Assembly: GCA_036785375.1 (NCBI GenBank)
Contig: JAWMAR010000247.1
Span: 1,302,001 to 1,366,000, forward strand
Reading direction: 5' to 3'
Length of the DNA stretch: 64,000 nucleotides
From: Leucoraja ocellata
Lineage: Eukaryota
Of the stretch, positions 17,852 to 30,773 are shown piece after piece. Position 1 is the first letter of the stretch; each line of letters begins with the position of its first letter. A model generated the notes under the pieces. That model worked only from the letters and a program-made list of their open reading frames with translations. It was not told the origin of the DNA and did no database searches. The position numbers and the translations under genes are program-made.

Positions 17852-18033
17852 TGGATGCCATGAAGAGGCACTTCCTTTTGTTACCAGCTGGATAACATCT
17901 GGTATCAATTGCACCAGACCAAGTTACAGACCTTGCAATCTTGGATGCCATGAAGAGGCACTTCCTTTTGTTACCAGCTGGATAACATCTGGTATCAATT
18001 GCACCAGACCAAGTTACAGACCTTGCAATCTTG
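17852..18033. repeat. Perfect 90-bp tandem duplication
   Basis: TGGATGCCATGAAGAGGCAC..CCTTGCAATCT occurs at 17852 and again at 17942. Confidence 0.95.
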
Positions 18034-18426
18034 CCAAAAAATACCAACAAATTGTAACTGCTCCTCATATCAAACATCATGTGAGCCAAATCAAGCACCC
18101 CTCCCCCATAAAACTAATCAACAGACATGAAGGGGAAAAACTTTTCCCAAACATTTAGACTCAAACTTTGCGTAAACGATTACGGTGTCTGTTGGAGATT
18201 AAGCGTCCAGATCCAGGAAATAGTTGGTGAGTATATAGTTAGGCAGCAAGGGAAGAGGCCCAACATGCCAACTCGTCATTTTACCAACTGGGATATTTAT
18301 CTTCAGTTTAAACCAGCTGCAGTCCCTTCCTACAGGGTGCTAGTCCCATTTGTGTGGGATTGGCCCCTTTTTATTTTAAACCTTTTCTATGTAACCTGTC
18401 TAAATATTGTAATTGTACCTCTAGAG

Positions 18427-18924
18427 CAGGGGTCGGGATCCGTGTTCTGTATAGGGGCCTGTCTGTGTATGTCTGTGAGCGGATGGTGGGCCACAGGTAT
18501 CATGGATACACATGGATCCCGCCCCGATGGCAGGCATCAAATCACGTGTTCACAGAAGGTAAACAAAAATGCTGGAGAAACAGCCTCATGCAATCCTTGC
18601 ATGTCTCACCTGCGGAGTCTCTCCAGCATTTTGTCTACCGTGGATTTTTCAAGCATCTGCAGTTCTTTCTTAAACGTGTTCACAGAAGGTGCACAGCCGT
18701 GCCGGCGGTTTTGCGCAGGATGCAGTACAGCCAGAGCCCGGCCGCTGCTGCTCGGTGTGCTCGTCCGCTCCTCGCGGCGCCCGGCATCTGCTCGGGTCGC
18801 TGCTGCACGGGGTGCCCGGCCGTTGGCGGGCCGGATGATTACGGGGAAAAACATCCGCTGCGAGCCGGATGATTTTGGGTTACGGGCCACATTCAGCCCG
18901 GGGGCCGCAGATTGACGACCCCTG
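18427..18924. mobile_element. hAT-like MITE with an inner Penelope-tail insert
   Basis: Ends CAGGGGTCG.. / ..CGACCCCTG, flanked by CTCTAGAG-like sites. A related inverted copy lies at ~36660-37100. The insert at ~18561-18673 is flanked by duplicated ACGTGTTCACAGAAGGT. Confidence 0.7.
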
Positions 18925-19310
18925 CTCTCTAGAGTATCCACTAGCAGCTTAATTGCTATATCCACCACCCTGTGTGAAACAAATGTCCCTCACATTCATT
19001 TTAAATCTTTCCAATTTCACCATAAAGCTACGCCCTCCAGTTTTTAATGCCTCCCCTGACCACTCTCCCCCATCCTCCTCCAACAACAATCCCAGGAAAA
19101 AGACTAACCATCCATCTTATGATTTTATTAGCCACAAGATCACTCAACCTCCGATGCTCCATTAGAAAACACTCAGACCACCCACATTTTCCTTTTAACA
19201 TATGCCTTGCATTCTAGCAAATCTTTTCTGCAGCCTTGTCAGCATAATGACATCCTTCTGGATGACCAAAACTGCATGCAATACTCCAACATCTTGCACA
19301 CCTTAGTTAA

Positions 19311-19700
19311 CATAGAAACATAGAAAATAGGTGCAGGAGTAGGCCATACGGCTCTTCGAGCCAGCACCGTCATTCAATATGATCATCCAAAGTCAGTACC
19401 CCATTCCTGCTTTCTCCCCATATCCCTTGATTCCGTTCACCCGAAGAGCTATATCTAACTCTCTCTTGAATACATCCAGTGAATTGGCCTCCACTGCCTT
19501 CTGTGGCAGAGAATTCCACAGATTCACAACTCTCTGGGTGAAAAAGTTTTCCTCAAATCAGTCCTAAATGGCCTACCCCTTATTCTTAAACTGTGATCCC
19601 TGGTTCTAGACGCCCACAACATCGGGAACATTTTTCCTGCATCCAGCCTGTCCAATCCCTTAAGAATTTTTATGTTTCTATTAGATCCCCTCTCATCCTT
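19311..19700 (-). mobile_element. CR1-clade LINE 3' fragment
   Basis: KILKGLDRLDAGKMFPML..RTRDHSLRIRGRPF and a CATAGAAA tail. Confidence 0.85.
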
Positions 19701-20689
19701 GAGGCAACACAAAAACTAGGAAAACAGCACATTTTCCATTTGGGAAGCTTGAATCTCCCCTCTTTTCCCTGTGCCCCACCGTGAATTTCATCCATTTCCC
19801 TTCTACCGTTTTTCTTTCCCTTGTCATCACAATTCATACCTCTTCTATCCTCATCTCACATCTTTTGTCTTTTCATCTGGGCATTTGTCCAACCATCTGC
19901 CTATTAAAATCCCTCCTTACCTGTATCCACCTATCACTTGCCAAGCTTTGTCCCCTACCTCTCTTCCAGTCCACACTCTCCCGCCCACCACAATCAGTCT
20001 GAAGAAATGTCCTGACCAGAAACATTACCTATCCTTTCTCTCCAAGATGCAGCACTGTTTTTTTTTGTAAGCCAGCATTTGCAGTTCCTTGTACTGCTAC
20101 CATGCCAGATCTTGCTGAAAATCCATATTAACAATGTCTACCACCATGCCCGCATTAATCTTATTAATCACCAAAAAGTAAAAACTCATATTTGAGTGAC
20201 ATGATTTACTATGTTCGGAGACGTGCAGACTATCTGAAATCAATCCTTGCTTTTCCAAATGATGGCAGATCGGTCGCTTAGATTCCCTTCCAGTAACCTT
20301 CCCCCTCAGAATGCCTTGTGGTAACTTGCCCTCAAGTTCCTAAGAGCAGTGTCCAACCTCCATTTGCAACATTTCGGCAAACAAAGCAATTGATGCTGCA
20401 TGCATTAACATCATTAGTTTTCTCACCAACACCATTCTGGAGGTCAGCATAAATCTGAAATTGAACTATGCTGGCCATAAATGTTGTTACTGTCCCCAGA
20501 TTGGAAGCTGACTTTTCTATGACAAATATTCTCGATGTTTTTATGGCAGGAGAATAACTCTCTATTTACCTGAATGAATGCAACTCCAACAACTCTGAAG
20601 AGCTCAACAACTTTCAAACATAGAAACCAGTTTCTTTGGCCCCACCTCAACTGCATAAAACATTATAACTATCCAACATAACAATAGCA

Positions 20690-21112
20690 CACCCTGGGCC
20701 GAGCACACAATGTCCTGGGTCGCCTCCATTGTCAGAGTGAGGCCCAGCAAAGATTGGAGGAACAGCACCTCATATTTCGCAGCATATACCCCAGCGGTAT
20801 GAATATTAACTTCTCTAATTTCACGGAACCCTTGCTTTCCCTCTCTCCATCCCTTCCCCTTCCCAGTTCTCCGACCAGTCCGACTGTCCCCGATTACATT
20901 TTATCTGCTTTGTTGTCACCTTCTCTGAGCTAACAATGGTCTATTCCACATTTTTCTTGATCTTCATCTCTTTTGATCTCTTACACTTCCTTATCTCTGT
21001 GACTCCCTCTCCCGACTCTCAGTCTCAAGGGTCTAGACCAGAAACGTCAACCATTCCTTCTATCCAGAGATGCTGCCTGTCCCGCTGAGTTATTCCAGAA
21101 TTTTGTGTCTAT
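20690..21112 (+). mobile_element. Penelope-like element 3' fragment (GIY-YIG C-terminus plus terminal repeat)
   Basis: Encodes VLGRLHCQSEAQQRLEEQHLIFR..PSGMNINFSNF, then a pyrimidine-rich tract and AAGGGTCTAGACCAGAAACGTC. A similar fragment lies at ~19700-20090. Confidence 0.75.
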
Positions 21113-21278
21113 CACAATAGCAGAGGTGAGTGCCAAATACAAAATGTATTCCAGTTACCCATCATGACGATTCATTCAATACCTCCCAAATCCACAACCA
21201 TCAAGGAGAAGTGCCGCAGTAAGAAGGGAGCATTACCCCTGCCACTTTCCAAGTTATATATTAATAAAACTTGAACAT

Positions 21279-21332
21279 GGGGTGAGAGATTGCAACCTTC
21301 ACGTGGTCCACCCTGTTTTGACGAATGCAATC
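21279..21332 (+). ncRNA. Minimal HDV-like self-cleaving ribozyme (predicted)
   Basis: GGGGTGA-GA-GATTGCA-ACC-TTCACGT-GGT-CCACCCT-G-TTTTGA-CGAA-TGCAATC: P1 with G1.U wobble, perfect 7-bp P2, P3 ACC/GGT, L3 TTCACGT, J4/2 CGAA. Confidence 0.82.
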
Positions 21333-21426
21333 AACCCGGCCGGCGTGCACAATCAAATAAGATCAAATAGAACAAGTTGTCCTACAACTTTAGGCTGTGC
21401 ACGCCATACGCGAGAAAAAGAAGAAG
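21279..21426 (+). mobile_element. ~150-bp SINE/SIDE-like retroelement with a 5' HDV-like ribozyme and a (GAA)n RTE-type tail (copy A)
   Basis: 10-bp TSD ACTTGAACAT (21269-21278, 21427-21436). Same 5' end as the copy at 59958. 3' stem GGCGTGCACA/TGTGCACGCC. Confidence 0.88.
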
Positions 21427-22644
21427 ACTTGAACATATCTCTATTCCTTTGCTGTTACTTCTAAACAGTGGATTTAACAATACATCTGAGACCAATGTGA
21501 ACCATAACACTGTTTAAAGATAATGAATGCTGGCCTTGCCTGAAAAATGGAATGTAAAACTAAATGAAAAAAAATGGATTTGACTCACTATTTTTAGAGT
21601 GAAATATCAGGTGAAATGTCAGATGCTGCTCCCAAATTGGTCAGTAAATTATCTTGAAGTGTGACCTGGAGCTTACACACAGAATCAATTAATGTAGCTG
21701 TGCTACAGATTAACAGGTAGTCTCAATGATGAAAAAGCTGAGTGCCTTATTATAGCAGCAAAACATTCAGTCCAGAAGATCCTAAATTAATTCCCTGCTA
21801 TCATAAATCAAATAAGGAAATCTGAGATCTGAGTATTACAACTGATCTCAGCACAATTCTCATCTGCAGAGCAACAAAAAAAACATGAGTTGAGAAATGT
21901 ATTCCTGATTACCATGGATATAGGATGTAAACATGTACAAAAACAGAACAAATCCTGTTGAAAAACTGTCCACAAATGCTATCCACAATGCTATTAAGAT
22001 GCGTATTCAAAATGCATCCAGAGAACTTAAATGAAAGCAGACAGAATTCAATACCCATAAAACTGCAGCTTTGCAAAACCTTTAGAAGGCAAGATCATAA
22101 ATCTAACAATTGTAAAATAGATTCAATATATTACAAAAAGTGACGGTATTTTTTCACTATATTCAGCTATCATAAAATTGACCACCAAACTCAAAATTAC
22201 ATACGATAAATTTTGCACATTTGAGAAATAAAAAGCATTAAGATAAAATTACCAAAAGAATAAAACTGTAAAGGCATATTTAAAAGAGTTAGCACACAAA
22301 AACAGCATTCAATCTATACAATCGACCAAGAATACTTTTTCATATAAAGTTAGAAAATGTAATCTACAGTTGAGAAAATCTTTAAATTAAAGGGACGACA
22401 TGTCCTAAGATTGCCAACCAGAAGCTGTCAAAAACATGATGCTGCTGGTTTGCAGAAATGGTAAAGGATTTCAAATGGATCGAAAGGAACAACAAAATGG
22501 AGATATCACCTCGAAGTAAAGTAAAGCAAAATGTTTGTACTGACAAACAAGGGGAGAAAGAATGAGGGCAATTGTTAAAAAGTGACACGATTTAAAATAA
22601 ACCGTTACTATGGGTCTAAAAATTACATTAACTCAATAACATAA

Positions 22645-24960
22645 GGTCATAAGTGATAGGAGTAGAATTAGGCCATTCAGCCCATCAAGTCCACCATTCA
22701 TCCTTGGCTGATCTATCTCGCCCTCCTAACCCAATTCACCTGCCTTCACCCCAAAACCTCTGACACTTGTACTAATCAATAATCTATCTATGTAGGAAGA
22801 AACTGCAGATGCTGGATTAAAACAAAGATAGACACAAAAAGCTGAAGTAACTCAGCAGGGCAGGCAGCATTTCTGGAGAGAAGGAATGGGTGACGTTTTC
22901 GGCCGAGAATCTATCTCTGCCTTAAAAATATCCACTGACTTGGCCTCCCCAGCCTTCTGTGGCAAAGAATTCCACAGATTCACCTCCCTCTGACAAAATA
23001 AATTTCTCATCTCCTTCTCAAAAGAACACCCTTTAATTCTTTGGCTATGACCTCTAGTTCTAGACTCTCTCACTAGTGGAAACATCCTCTCCATATCCAC
23101 TCTATCCAAGCCTTTCACTATTCTGTATCTTTCAATGAGGTCCCCCTCATTCTTCTAAACTCCAGCGAAGACAGGCCCAGTGCCGACAAATGTTCATCAT
23201 AGGTTAACCTATTCATTCCTGAGATCAATCTTACAAACCCCTCTGTGCCCTCTCCAGAGCCAGCACATCCTTCGTCTGATATGGTGCCTAAAACGGCTCA
23301 CAATATTCCAAATGCGGCCTTACCAACACCTTATAGACCCTCAACAATACATCCCTGTTTTTGTCTAAAAATCCTCTTGAAATAAATGCTAGCACTGTTT
23401 GCTTTCTATATTACTGATTCGACTTGCAGATTGACTTTTTAGGAATCCTGCAACAGCACTCCCAAGTCCTGTGCACCTCCAATTTCTGGATTCTCTCCTC
23501 ATTTAGAAAATAGTCTATGCCTTTATTCCTACTACCAAAATACATGATTCCACACTTTGTTACACTATATTCCATCTATCACTTCTCTGCCCACTCTCCC
23601 AACCTGTCCAAGTCCTTCTGCACAGTCCTTGCTTTCTCTCTACACTACCTGCCGCCCCACCTATTTTCGTATCAACTGCAAATGTGGCCACAAAGCCTTC
23701 AATCCCCTCGTCCAAATCAATATACAACGTGAAGAGTAGCGACCCCTGCGGAACTCCGCTAATCACTGGCAGCCAATCAGAAAAATACCCCTTTATTGCT
23801 ATTCTTTGTCTTCTGCCATCGAGCTAACCAGATTCAGATTCAACTTTATTGTCATTGTGCAGTGTATAGTACAGAGACAATGAAATGCAGTTAGCATCTC
23901 CCAAGAAGAGCGACATAAATATGAGCAATAAATAAATCTGTTTACATGCATACAGTCATAGTATTTTTTTCCTGGTGGGAGGAGTGTCCCGGGGGGGGGG
24001 GGGGGGGGAGATTGGCAATCACCGAGGTACAGCGTTGAGCCGCAGGGAAGAAGCTGTTCCTGGACCTGCTGGTCCGGCAACGGAGAGACCTGTAGCGCCT
24101 CCCGGATGGTAGGAGGGTAAACAGTCTGTGGTTGGGGTGAGAGCAGTCCTTGGCGATGCTGAGCGCCCTTCGTAGACAACGCTTGCTTTGGACAGACTCA
24201 ATGGAGGGGAGTGAGGAACCGGTGATGTAATGGGCAATTTTCACCACCCTCTGCAGTGCTTTCCGGTCGGGGACAGAGCAGCTGCCATACCAAACTGTGA
24301 TACAGTTGGTAAGGATGCTCTCGATGGTGCAGCGGTAGAAGTTCACCAGAATCTGAGGAGACAGATGGACCTTCTTTAGTCTCCTCAGGAAGAAGTGACG
24401 CTGGTGAGCCTTCTTGACCAGAGTTGAGGTATTGTGGGTCAAAGAGAGGTCATGGGAGATGTTGACCCCCAGGAACCTGAAGCTGGAAACACGTTCCACC
24501 TCCGTCCCGTTAATGTGGATGGGGGTGTGCGTGCCGCCACTAGACTTCCTGAAGTCCACAATGAGCTCCTTGGTCTTCTTGGAGTTAAGGGCCAGGTTGT
24601 TGTCAGCGCACCATGCTGCTAAGAGCTGGAGCTCCTCCCTATAGGCCGACTCATCGTTGTTGCTGATGAGGCCAATCACCGGCTATCCATGCTAGTATTT
24701 ACCCTTTGTTCCGTGGGCTCTCATCTTCCTTAGCAGCCTCACATGTGGCACTTTATCCAAGCGTTTCTGAAAATCTAAGTAAACAACATCTACTGATTCT
24801 AAGGTTACACAGAAAGGCTGGACTGATTCTAGTTTGTCTGTCCTATTTACTTCTTCAAAGAATTCCAGCAAATTTGTCAAGCACCTCCCCTTCACAAAGC
24901 CATGGAGACTGCACCCTATTTTATCATGAACTTCTAAGTACTCCGTGACCTCTTCCTTTA
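22645..24960 (-). mobile_element. CR1-clade LINE fragment interrupted by a Penelope tail (~22790-22905) and a Rex1 fragment
   Basis: KGRCLTNLLEFFEEV..DVVYLDFQK; SGVPQGS; KGLDRVDMERMFPLV..RTRGHS. Confidence 0.85.
23830..24680 (-). mobile_element. Rex1/Babar-like LINE 3' fragment
   Basis: ORF 23942-24679: WCADNNLALNSKKTKELIVDFRK..FRFLGVNIS..HPNHRLFTLLPSGRRYRS..RNSFFP. Near-identical to 29100-29955. Confidence 0.9.
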
Positions 24961-25860
24961 TCTATCTATCTATATCTTCTATCAATAACTAAAACTCTGA
25001 TCTTGTTATCTTTTGGTGTGCGGGATATTTCTACTTGCGTAAAAACGGTACACGGCAGCGCTACGATTTTTCGCCAGGGTACTCACCGTTCTCCTCTGCT
25101 GCGAGTGCACCAAGTTTCGTTCCGATCGGGGGTCTAATGTAAAAGTTATCGAGGGTTTAAAAATCGCGCGTGCGCAAATCGATCTTCTCTCCTGCCAGTC
25201 GGCGCCCCGTGGATTGGTCTGTTCTCCTGTCACTTCACGTGACGGTCCGCCACTTCCTGCGACATCGTGTCTTTACTGGAGCTGAGGGAGGCTCTGGATG
25301 GCCGGCGGAGATCTCCAACCAGACAGAAGGTCCAGAGGGACCTGAAGCGACCCCACCCAACCCTGCCTGGCACGGAGATGTCGCCGATGTCGCCAAACGG
25401 AAAACGGAAACTACTGGAGCTGAAGGAGGCTCTGGGTGGCCTGGTCTCCAACCAGATGCGGTGTCGGAGATGTCGCAAGGCGGAAAACGGAGACTCGGAT
25501 CCCGGCGCAGAACGTCCAGAGAAAAGCACCTGGGGTTGAGTCCTCAGTGCACCGTCAGCTACAGCCCCCTCACTGGCTCCTGCCCCCCTCCCCCGTGATA
25601 CCACCCTCTGCCTTGTCTTTTCTCCGTGCTCTCTTCCCCCGCCCTAACAACCCACCCACCCCTGCACCTGCCCCCAGCCACACAATCATACACACCCCTC
25701 TCCGGCTCAACAACGCTCGCAGCCCTGCCCCCACAACCCGCCCCCCCCCCCCCCCCCCACACACCCTTCCCCCTGCCCATACACCCTTCCCCCTGCCCAT
25801 ACACCCTTCCACCCCACCCCCACAACCCCGCTTCACCCCACCCACTCTTCCCCCTGCTCG
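24961..25860 (+). mobile_element. Helitron 5' part (3' end not recognisable)
   Basis: Start TCTAT..CTAAAACTCTGATCTTGTTATC is shared with 26588; homology continues through the GC-rich body. Confidence 0.6.
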
Positions 25861-26390
25861 CTTCCTGGCCCTTGCAGTGTACAGTTCGTCGATGGGCGAG
25901 GGGGGGGGGGGGGGAAGGTTGCAGCCAACACCATTCTCGGCTGATCGAACGATGCGCTGCAGCCTCCGAATGTAATGCATGGTGGCTGAGCCAAACCAGA
26001 CCATGATGGGAGAAAGTGAGGACAGACTCTATGATGGCAGTATAAAACTGGACTATCATTGCCTGTGGCAGATTGTGTTTTCTCAGCTGCCGCAGGAAGT
26101 ACATCCTCCGTTGGGCTTTTTTGACTGTGGAGTCGATGGTGGCCTCCCATTTAAGGTCCCTGGAGATGATGGTTCCAAGGAACTTAAGTGACTACACAGA
26201 TGTGACTGTGGTGTCGTTGATGGTGAGTGGGTGGGGATGGGAGGAGGGGCTCTCCTAAAGTCTACAATCAATTCCACTATCTTAAGAGCATTGAGTTCCA
26301 TGTTGTTGTGGTGGTGGCACCAGGACGCCAGATGAGTCACTTTCTGTAGGTAGATTCCTCCCCATCCTGGATCAGTCCAATCAGAGCATT
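25860..26390 (-). mobile_element. Rex1/Babar-like LINE fragment
   Basis: MYFLRQLRKHNLPQAMIVQFYTAIIESVLTFS; ELNALKIVELIVDFRR. Same subfamily as ~44930-46300. Confidence 0.8.
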
Positions 26391-26587
26391 CATGTGCTGG
26401 AAAAAACTCACTTTGAAAAGTCCTTTGATATTCAAATTAATCACTATTATTCTAGAAGAGTGCAGTTTCCAAGAAAACATATCAATTGTCAGTGAAGGAA
26501 CTATAAACTCACAGGCAAGTATCATTTAAAAAAAATAGGGGTCAACTATGGTATACATAAATAAGATGAATGGATGAAATGATGTTA

Positions 26588-27808
26588 TCTATACATACCT
26601 AAAACTCTGATCTTGTTATCTTCTGGTTTGGCGGTCATTCTATTTGCGCAAATATGATTCGCGATAGCGCTACGATTTTTCGTCAGTTCACTCACCGTTC
26701 TCCTATGCTCCGAGTCTAACAAGTTTCGTTCCGATTGGTTGAATGTTGTCAAAGTTAGCAAGGTTTAAAAATCATAAAAAAAAGCAAGTGCGCAGATCGA
26801 TCTCTACTCCTGCCTTCCTGCACCGTGCGGATTAGTCTCTTCCCCTGTCACTCCTCGGGACGGCCCGTCCCTTCCTGCGCCATCGCATCTTTACTGGAGC
26901 TGAGGAAAGCCGGCGAAGGTTTCCAACCTGACTTTCGGAGGGATCTGAAGCAGCCCGGCAATGTGGCCAAACGGAAAGCGGAGAGTCTGATCCCGGGGAA
27001 GGAGAGCATCCAGCGCCCGATGTGAGTCCCAAACGCACTGCCATCACCACGCCCCGCAGCTCCACCCCTTTCCCCTCTTGCTGGCTCCTGCCCCATCCCC
27101 CGTGTTATCCCCCTCACCCCATGGCTCTTTCTCCCCCTCCCCCCCACCCCTCCCGCCCACACGCTGGCGCGGCTGTAGCTGCTGGTGCTACCGGGCCCGA
27201 CAGCTGATGCTCCTCCGGGGCACGCAAGAAGGGAGAGGAGCGGCAACCTCAAGATTCTGGGGAGGGAGAGTGGGGAAGGAGAGGGGATAGAGGGAGAGGA
27301 GTTATGGAGGGAGGGAGGGAGGGAGTGACTGAGGGTAGGAGAAAGGAGAGGGAGAGGTGTGGGATGAATCTGGGGAGGGGAAGAGGAGAGGGAAAAGAAG
27401 AGGGCAGAGGCGAGGAGGGAGAATGGGGTAGGAGGGGGGAATAGAGGGAGAGGAGGGGGAAAGTGCGGGAGCTAGGGAGTGGGGAATGGAGGGAGAGGAG
27501 GGTAGTGGGTTGGTGAGGAGGGACAGTGGGTGAGGAGTGGGGAGATGGGGGATAGAGGGATAGGGAGAGGAGCTATGGTGGGAGGGAGTGACTGAGGGTA
27601 GGGGAAAGGAGAGGAAGAGAGAGGTGAGGGAAGGATTGGGGGTAGGGAGGAGGCAAGGGAAAAGAAAAGGGAGAGTGGAGGAGGGGCAGAGAGTGCTAAG
27701 GATGAGGGGAAATGAGCTGCGCCTGTGCAGTTGGGGGCTATGGGTGAGTGGTAGAATATTGTGTTGGGGGACCAAGCCTCCTGTGTGACAGAGACCCACT
27801 TGGTCTAG
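26588..27808 (+). mobile_element. Non-autonomous Helitron
   Basis: A|TCTATACATACCTAAAAC.. to ..CACTTGGTCTAG|T, inserted between A and T, no TSD. Internal purine-rich low-complexity tract. Confidence 0.75.
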
Positions 27809-27919
27809 TTTAGGTTAAAAGTCACCTATCCATGTTCCCCAAAGATGTTTCCTGACCCAGAGTTATTACAGCGCTTGGTGCCCATTTATGTAAATCAACA
27901 TCTATGGTTCCTTGTTTCC

Positions 27920-29955
27920 TCCCTTGACTCCCACACGGACATTGATTCCTACACATCCTCTGTTCTGGACTTTATAAACTCCACCATCAATAGTGTCACC
28001 TCCCTCAAACGGGTGACCATATTCCCGAATCAGAAGCCATGGATGAACAGCGAGGTCAGGCTACTGCTGAAAGCACGGAACACCGCTTTCAGGTCAGGCG
28101 ATGCTCGAGCCTACAGTTCATCCAGGGCTAACCTGAAGAGGGGCATCAAGAAGGCCATGCATTGCCATAAGCTTAGGATTGAGGAGCACTTCAACAACAA
28201 CTCCGACCCCCGACGCATGTGGCAAGGCATCCAGGCCATCACGGACTATATTCCCATCAACACCACCCCCACATCCAGCGACGCCTCCTTCCTTGAGGAG
28301 CTTAGCCACTTCTATGGCTGCTTTGACAGGGACAATCTAGAGACAGCCATCAAGGCTGTGCTCCCTGCTGATCACCAACCCCTCACACTCACCCCCTACG
28401 ACGTGTACGTGGCACTGAGTAGGACTAATGCACGTAAGGCTGCTGGTCCTGACGGCAACCCCGGGCGCGTCCTCAGGGCCTGTGCTGCGCAGCTGACAGA
28501 TGTCTGGACTGACATCTTCAACCTGTCACTTTCCAAGCAGTTGTCCCCACGTGCCTTAAAACCACCTCCATCGTGCCGGTGCCAAAACACCCCACTGCGA
28601 CAAGTCTCAACGACTTCCGCCCAGTTGCGCTTACTCCCATCATCACCAAGTGCTTCGAGAGGCTGGTCCTGGCACACCTTAAAGGCTGCCTACCCCCCAC
28701 ATTGGATCCCTATCAGTTGGCCTACCGCAAGAACAGGAGTATGGAGGATGCCATCTCAATGGCACTTCACTCCGCCCTCTCCCACCTCGACAACAGAGAC
28801 ACTTACGTAAGAATGCTGTTCATCGATTACAGCTCAGCATTCAACACCATTATACCCTCTAAACTGATCACCAAACTCGGTAACCTGGGCATCGACTCCT
28901 CCCTCTGCAACTGGATACTGGACTTTCTAACCAACAGACCCTAGTCTGTTAGGTTAGACAAGCACACCTCTTCAACCCTCACCCTGAACACCGGCATTCC
29001 ACAGGGCTGTGTGCTGAGCCCCCTCCTCTACTCCCTCTTCACCTACGATTGCACACCTGTACCTTGTACTAACACCATCATCAAGTATGCAGATGATACA
29101 ACGGTGATTGGCCTCATCAGCAACAACGATGAGTCGGCCTATAGGGAGGAGCTCCAGCTCCTAGCAGCATGGTGTGCGCTGACAACAACCTGGCCCTTAA
29201 CTCCAAGAAGACCAAGGAGCTCATTGTAGACTTCAGGAAATCTAGGGGCGGCACGCACACCCCCATCAACGGGACGGAGGTGGAACGTGTTTCCAGCTTC
29301 AGGTTCCTGGGGGTCAACATCTCCGATTACCTCTCTTGGACCCACAATACCTCAACTCTGGTCAAGAAGGCTCACCAGCATATCTTCTTCCTGAGGAGAC
29401 TGAAGAAGGTCCATCTGTCTCCTCAGATTCTGGTGAACTTCTACCGCTGCACCATCTACAGCATCCTTACCAACTGTATCACAGTTTGGTATGGCATCTG
29501 CTCTGTCTCCGACCGGAAAGCACTGCAGAGGGTGGTGAAAATTGCCCAACACATCACTGGTTCCTCGCTCCCCTCCATTGAATCTGTCCAAAGCAAGCGT
29601 TGTCTGCGAAGGGCGCTCAGCATCGCCAAGGACTGCTCTCACCCCAACCATGGACTGTTTACCCTCCTACCATCTGCGAGGCGCCACAGGTCTCTCCGTT
29701 ACCGGACCAGCAGGTCCAGGAACAGCTTCTTCCCTGCGGCTGTCACACTACTCAACAATGTACCTCGGTGACTGCCAATCACCCTTACCCCCCCCCCGAC
29801 ACTCCTCCCACAGGAAAAATACTATGACTGTATGCATGTAAATAGATTTATTTATTGAAATCATATTCTATGTCGCTCTTCCAGGGAGATGCTAACTGCA
29901 TTTCGTTGTCTCTGTACTGTACACTGACAATGTCAATTAAAGTTGAATCTGACTG
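27920..29955 (+). mobile_element. Rex1/Babar-like LINE, 5'-truncated, frameshifted RT
   Basis: FPNQKPWMNSEV; KAAGPDG; [21 protein letters not shown]; [17 protein letters not shown]; PQGCVLSPLLYSLFT; IIKYADD. Confidence 0.92.
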
Positions 29956-30773
29956 ATTCTACATAATAACTGTTCAATTGGCACAATATTTCACCTATCT
30001 TGCACATCGGCATGAGAAGTCCACCCTGAACAACTATCTGCAACAATATCAAATTACTGTAAAAGTAAGTCATTCTCCTCTGACCATCCTGTCATTTGGC
30101 GGTAAGGAAATTACTTCATCTTTTCTCTCTCGACAATAGTTTCTCTTCCCGCTACTTGGATGACTAAAGCATAGCCTGATCCCAGGCACAAAATGTATTT
30201 GCTTGTTACATCCACCATCATATCCAACATTTGTGTAGTGAAATAAATGTCTAAGAAAATGCAGCATTCTAGCAATTGAGTGATAGCATATTTCTAAGAT
30301 GTCCGAATGTGTTTTAGTACAGCAGACTTTACGACAGCATGGCAAAGACTAGAGATGGTCATTATGGCAGGGTGTACTATTTCTCCGTTAGCGTTTACAA
30401 TGGCAATGTAACTAGTGATTAGAGCATCACAGTGGCAGGAAGGACGGACTGTGCCTCCCTCCAATCAGGGCCTATATGGATGATATGACCTTGGTGACCG
30501 CAACAGTAGCTCGTACAAGAACGTTGTTAGAGAAGTTCAATGATAATCGTAAATGGGCTAGATTGATGATTAAGCCTAGTAAGTCACGGAGTATTTCTTT
30601 GGCAAGAGGGAAAGTTGTAGAGAAAATGTTCTGTGTAAATGAAGAAAAAATCCCGTCTATAATGAAGAAACCAGTTAAAAGATTGGGTAGGTGGTATAAC
30701 AGGAAGTTGGATGACAATGAACAGGTTCAGCAACTTAGAAAGGATGTTACTGACAGATTAGAAAGGGAGTAAG

